Below are positions 32,014 to 35,913 of a stretch of DNA of 35,913 bases, piece by piece. The notes beneath the pieces are model-generated. The model saw only the letters and a program-made list of their open reading frames with translations. It ran no database searches and had not been told where the DNA came from. The DNA lies in the NCBI RefSeq assembly GCF_001194135.2, contig NC_068982.1, positions 54,336,860 through 54,372,772 on the forward strand. Direction: 5' to 3'. This stretch comes from Octopus bimaculoides. Its lineage: Eukaryota. A program made the translations under genes and the position numbers. How positions within the stretch are numbered: position 1 is the first letter of the stretch; every line of letters starts with the position of its first letter.

Positions 32014-34010
32014 CACTGATCTACAAATCTTTGGTGTTTAGGGAATAGATATCTTTCCTATACAAAATCGGTCTCCCGAATTCAAATATAACCTTCTTTT
32101 TCTACCTATCAGATCTAGTTTTTGAGTTATTAAACATTCCTATAGTTACTATGTATGCTATGTATGTGTGTACGTCCAGTACGCAGTGTTCGTTACCTTA
32201 TTTTAAGTTTTTTTTATTTTTATTTTTCCATACTTTAGAAAGTGAGCGTAATGTCTTCTTCAAGAAAGTGTTGCGTTAATTCTCCAAATGTGTTTTGTTG
32301 TATTTGTAGAGAATACACATTACTGAATTTGTTGAAAGAGCGTATAAGGTATATTTTGGGGTCAAGCTGGGAGATCAAGATAAATATTGGGCACCGCATA
32401 TTGTCTGCAAACAATGCACAGAACATTTGCGACAATAGGCTAAAGGGACAAGGAAAAGTATGATGTCTACTATACCAATGGCATGGCGGGAGTCCTATAA
32501 TCACGTGGACGACTGCTATTTTTGTAACCTAAATTTTAAGAGTATTAACCGGAAAATTCGACAAATATACAGTGAAAAGCTTTCGGTTCCTATTTTCAAT
32601 GTCTTACCTCAGATAAATTTACCCTCAACCAAAGAAGATTCATCACCTGAAGAAGACACTAGAAATCAAGACTTTCAATTGAGACTTTACCTCAGCTAAT
32701 CTCCCAGGGAGAGGTGAATGATCTAGTTCGTGATTTGAACCTCCCAGAAAATTCTGCAGAATTTTTTACCTCTCGACTGAAAGAGAAGAATCTCCTTGAG
32801 AATGATGTCCGTATAACCTTTTATCGGAGTCGGCATGAAGAGTTCCTTTCTTTCTTCACAAAAGAGGAAGAGCTGGTTTACTGCAGAGATGTCAGTGGGT
32901 TTCTTAATAAACTTGACATTGAGGAATACAAACCAGAGGAATGGCGTCTTTTCATAGACAGCTCTAAGCGTAATTTAAAATGTGTATTGCTGCACAGCGG
33001 AAATGTGTATGGCTCTGTCCCACTCGGCCACTCAACAACTCTGAAGGAAAAATATGAAAAAATCAAGTTTTAGAGAAGGTACTGTATCAGGATCATAAAT
33101 GGGACATCTGCGTGGACTTAAAGGCGGTGGATTTTCTCATGGGACAGCAATCTGGTTATACTAGATACCCATACTTCAACAAATATGCCTCGAACAAATA
33201 TGGCGCCATGATGTAGAGCAGCCAATATATTAGAAGAACCTTTAGAGATAAGATCATTTACCCCCACTCCCACCCCTTTTTCACATCAAACTCAGATTGA
33301 TCGAGTAATTCGTCAAAGCTCTTGATAAAAATGGGGAGNNNNNNNNNNNNNNNNNNNNNNNNNNNNNNNNNNNNNNNNNNNNNNNNNNNNNNNNNNNNNN
33401 NNNNNNNNNNNNNNNNNNNNNNNNNNNNNNNNNNNNNNNNNNNNNNNNNNNNNNNNNNNNNNNNNNNNNNNNNNNNNNNNNNNNNNNNNNNNNNNNNNNN
33501 NNNNNNNNNNAAGAGCGACAAAATGCATTATCTTTTTAGTCATCTTGATGGTTTTCCTGAAAATCTTGGCGATGTTAGCGATGAACAAGGCGAAGGATTC
33601 TATCAGAACATCAAGGAGATGGAAACTCGGTACCAAGGACGTTGGAACGCTGTGATAATGGTAGACTATTGCTGGTATTTAAAACGAGATACTTTTGTTG
33701 CTCAACATTCATGGTACACAACGAGGTGTAAATTTATTCCATGAATTTTCTGCCAAAAATCTTTGCCGATGTGCATTTTCAATTTTGAATTTTTATTTGT
33801 ACTTTGTTTTGTTTTGTGTTACGCTCTCTTTATTGATTCATATTATATGCCTCTTGTACGAATAAAAGACTTACTCTATCAGGTTTAGTCAGAAAGCTAG
33901 ACCTGATAGGGAAAAAATAAAGGTAGTTTTGAATTTAGCTGTCAAAATCACTTAAGAATTTGTTGAAATATTCCAGGCACTAGACAAAAAAAATTTTTTG
34001 TTGCCCAGCC
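32014..34010 (+). mobile_element. Chapaev3-like (CMC) DNA transposon relic
   Basis: TTA|CACTG at the left and ...TTGTTGCCCAGCC|TTA at the right, consistent with the CAC termini and TWA TSD of Chapaev3. TIR similarity is weak. Confidence 0.65.
32251..33744 (+). pseudogene. Chapaev3-like transposase pseudogene
   Basis: CVNSPNVFCCIC, WRESYNHVDDCYFC, NDLVRDLNL..SRLKEKNLL, WRLFIDSSKRNLKCVLLH, ICVDLK..GQQSGYT, HIKL and SDEQGEGFYQNIKEMETRYQGRW..DYCW. Frameshifts, deletions and an N gap are present. Confidence 0.85.
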
Positions 34011-34031
34011 TTATCAATGAAGCAAAATTAC

Positions 34032-34255
34032 AAGGTGGTGAGCTGTCAGAATCGTTACCATGCCGAGAAAAATAATGCTTAGCTGCATTTCGTCCGTCTT
34101 TACGTCCTGAGTTCAAATTCCGCCCAGGTCGACTTTGGCTTTCCTTCTTTCGGGGTCGATAAAAATAAGTACTAATCAAGTACTGGGGTGAACGTAATCG
34201 ACTAGCCTTCTTCCCCCAAATTTCAGACCTTGTGCCTATAATAGAAAAGATTATT
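34032..34255 (+). mobile_element. SINE family A
   Basis: Full head, core and tail. Confidence 0.9.
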
Positions 34256-34291
34256 TACCTAATAGAAAGGATTGTACATCTCTTACTATGA

Positions 34292-34410
34292 AGGCACGCG
34301 GCCTAGTGGTTAGGATGCTGCACAAACGATTGCAAGAGTCTGGTTTCGATTCTCAGACCGGGCTATGCTTTGTGTATTTGAGCACAGAACACTTAATTTC
34401 ACGTCACAGA
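34292..34410 (+). mobile_element. tRNA-derived SINE head (family D-like), deleted
   Basis: A-box-like GGCCTAGTGG at 34300-34309 and B-box-like GGTTTCGATTC at 34342-34352. Confidence 0.7.
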
Positions 34411-34750
34411 AATTAAGTAAGACTACGATAGACCGTTCATGGGCAATGTAGTGATTTCACTCACTTACATGTTATGGAAACTGAGTAAATATACTGGGCC
34501 TTACGAGTCTCAGGACTCGAGGCAGAACTTATTTTCATCTTTTACTGTGAATAGACAGACAATTTGAAGGGTTAATTTAAACACGATGATATTTAATATG
34601 TACCAAAGACAATGTGTGTATTTGAGAGAGAGAGTTGGGGACGGAAGGTGTAAGTGACGTAGTGAACAAGTGTTAGAGAGATATTATCAATTCAAGTCAC
34701 ATACATAATATCAGTGCTCTAACATAAAAACAAAACAAAACGTATATATA

Positions 34751-34790
34751 TTGGGTCATCCATAAATAATGCGGATTTTTCAATTGCATG
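34751..34790 (+). mobile_element. Orphan mariner-type TIR
   Basis: TA|TTGGGTCATCCATAAATAATGCGGATTTTT resembles Hsmar1/cecropia-type TIRs. No partner was found. Confidence 0.45.
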
Positions 34791-34871
34791 AACTAAAAAG
34801 TCGGAGAGGGACGAGATAAACTACCTACATCAACTTGCTATGAAAGCAGGTAGTAATAAAGCTTCAGGATG

Positions 34872-35250
34872 ACAAAAGACTTGTGAGTGGATTTCGTGGA
34901 CAGAAACTTAAAGAAGCCCATCATATATATGTGTGTGAATGTATGTGAGTGTGTGTGTGTGTGTGTGCGTGTGTATGTGTGTGCATGCGAGCGTGTGTGG
35001 GCATGTGTGTGTGTGTGTGTGTGTGTGTGTTCGTGTCGTTGTGTCTGTGTTTGTCCCCCACCACTGCTTTGAAACCGGTGTTTGTCTGTTTACGTCCCCG
35101 TAATTTAGTGGTCCCGCAAAGGTTTTCGATAGAAAAAGTACCAGGCTTTAAAAAATAATTGGGCCGATTCATTCGACTAAAACTTCTTCAATGCGGTAAA
35201 CCCCACCTTGGACGCAGCCTAATCACTGAAACGATCAAAATATAAAGATA
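34872..35250 (+). mobile_element. SINE family B, 5'-truncated
   Basis: Partial head, (TG)n and body. Confidence 0.85.
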
Positions 35251-35316
35251 TATGAATGCAAGGCATGTATTCACGTTTTGCATGAAAATGTCATATATAT
35301 ATATATATATCTATAT

Positions 35317-35345
<29 letters not shown>

Positions 35346-35351
<6 letters not shown>

Positions 35352-35824
35352 GCGATGGGTAAATTGTATCCATTTTATATTATTAATTTCGCACATGCGC
35401 ATTGTTTGTTTTTGATTTCGTCGACTATACAGTATAGTAGGGTCAGTAAAGCACAGTCCCTGTGAAAAACAGCACCATGACGCAATTCACTCTGCCAGAA
35501 ATTTGGAAACGACATGCTGTACTGCTTGGCATTCGCGCCGAAAGTTCCAATACGAACATTTCTGAGTGTTTGGGTAGCAATCTGAACCCAATCTGAGGGC
35601 AGTGCAATTTGCGGACATGCACCGAGAGTGATAAAGAGAAGCAACAGGACTCTGCCCCATGCCACACAAGCAAGAGAACCCAAACATGGCTGTTAGACCA
35701 CATCATCCCTAACATCTGGCCATCTAACTCCCCAGATTTCAACCCCCTTGATTATTATGTGTAGGGCGCAGCTGAGTAAGAGAGTCCAACAAAACTCCTT
35801 GCAACACCAAAGATGAACTGAAGG
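35346..35824 (+). mobile_element. maT transposon copy 2, internally deleted
   Basis: Same 5' end and ATG (35477) as copy 1. It lacks copy-1 positions 6256-6810 and retains NSPDFNPLDYYV. Confidence 0.92.
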
Positions 35825-35835
35825 TAACCTTTACA

Positions 35836-35851
35836 TATACACACACACATA

Positions 35852-35913
<62 letters not shown>
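35836..35913. repeat. (CA)n microsatellite
   Basis: Read directly. Confidence 0.97.

Noticed and set aside
34292-34360. tRNA gene
   Set aside because: A and B boxes are present, but there is no cloverleaf and the sequence runs into SINE body. The same applies to the other SINE heads.

Overview
This is AT-rich animal genomic DNA with about 3.7 kb of N gaps in 10 places, very dense microsatellites and many tRNA-type SINEs. The repeat families look like those of octopus or other coleoid cephalopods; that is my inference from recalled sequences, not a database result. I cannot support any intact protein-coding gene, tRNA, rRNA or CRISPR array, and the long ORFs in the track are N-gap or microsatellite artefacts. 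The window is a layered graveyard of transposons: two maT (DD37D) copies, a mariner relic with TIRs, a FLYWCH-MULE pseudogene with 15-bp subterminal repeats, an internally deleted Helitron with both ends apparently present, a Chapaev3-like transposase pseudogene, a HERO/R2-group non-LTR retrotransposon 3' half, Penelope-like (PLE) ORF relics, three clean MITEs and about 25 SINE copies or fragments. The best candidate for a second look is a roughly 200-250 bp non-coding element present twice. It folds into a minimal, dimer-type type I hammerhead ribozyme with a non-canonical core (CUGUUGA plus an extra A, palindromic ACGU stem III). Both copies sit at the same internal microsatellite site of a SINE, in the SINE's sense orientation. 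PLE hammerheads are a known class, so only the core variant and the SINE nesting may be new. Other notable items are a SINE pile-up in which four SINE heads share one locus-specific ~17-bp prefix, a local inverted duplication predicted to form an ADAR-type duplex, and a possible spliced non-coding minus-strand transcript with an E2F-like motif.
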